DNA from: Schumannella sp.
GTDB lineage: Bacteria > Actinomycetota > Actinomycetes > Actinomycetales > Microbacteriaceae
Direction: 5' to 3'
Length of the DNA: 50,984 bases
NCBI GenBank assembly: GCA_025463555.1
Contig: JAODAS010000029.1
Location: 1 to 50,984, forward strand
Both the position numbers and the translations under genes were made by a program. Shown here in pieces: positions 50,976 to 50,984 of this stretch (positions are counted from its first letter, which is position 1; each line of letters opens with the position of its first letter). Below the pieces are notes generated by a model. That model made no database searches. It saw only the letters and a program-made list of their open reading frames with translations, and was not told the origin of the DNA.

Positions 50976-50984
50976 ACCGGCGGC

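Noticed and set aside
1-50984. CRISPR arrays, rRNA/tRNA genes, IS elements and transposases, integrases, reverse transcriptase or retron/DGR features.
   Set aside because: There are no short regularly spaced direct repeats, since the only repeats are the kb-spaced hairpin cassettes and the GATATC operators. I saw no cas-like, transposase, tyrosine-integrase or RT motifs in any frame. The only recombinase is the small serine resolvase, with no obvious terminal inverted repeats around it.

Overview
This 51 kb window is high-GC, actinobacterial-type DNA that reads as part of a large conjugative plasmid. It has a ParA/RHH partition pair, replication candidates, MobC plus a relaxase, and a full actinobacterial-style T4SS. 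It has a serine resolvase but no integrase or transposase.

Layout:
- 0-4.8 kb: accessory module with a HEPN-like protein, a serine resolvase, a Fic toxin with a VbhA-like antitoxin, a 51-aa membrane peptide missing from the ORF track, a Nudix hydrolase and an SRAP peptidase.
- 4.9-15 kb: replication, partition and establishment genes. These are iteron-like repeats next to a wHTH protein, small unknown genes, ParA-ParG, ArdC, an orphan ParB-like protein and a Prim-Pol Rep with an RHH gene.
- 15-27.6 kb: two divergent T4SS operons. They encode an M23/transglycosylase hydrolase, a lipoprotein, a ParA-like ATPase, VirB2-like and VirB6-like proteins, a split VirB4, a VirD4 coupling protein and a DUF4913-like protein.
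- 27.6-42.5 kb: cargo island. It holds an Arr-like ADP-ribosyltransferase, a nucleoside hydrolase, an FAH-family enzyme, hutU, a HisC-like aminotransferase, hutH, an IclR regulator, an amino-acid ABC transporter, a ribokinase, an FAD oxidase, a LacI regulator and hutD.
- 42.7-46.1 kb: RES-Xre toxin-antitoxin pair plus an orphan 408-aa protein, a DUF2188-like protein and a DUF2690-like membrane protein.
- 46.1-49.9 kb: relaxosome operon and a candidate oriT.
- 50.2-51 kb: a glutaredoxin-like gene and an HTH gene.

The most interesting signal is non-coding. A roughly 150-165 nt imperfect long-hairpin cassette occurs four times, always 21-27 nt upstream of a start codon and in the orientation of that gene. 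The downstream genes are an acidic 93-aa protein, ArdC, the ParB-like protein and the Grx-like protein. The stems differ between copies by compensatory changes, while the sequence flanking the apical loop is conserved. I interpret it as a candidate single-strand-active promoter or priming element (Frpo/sso-like), or alternatively a structured 5' leader.

Two related signals stand out:
- A shared GATATC-type operator links the parA promoter to two of the cassettes.
- A shared C-terminal tail, VP[IV]DPM[ED][DE]LxC[DE]SCQ, sits on two otherwise unrelated first genes of cassettes.

All functional calls come from motif reading by eye. No searches were run.
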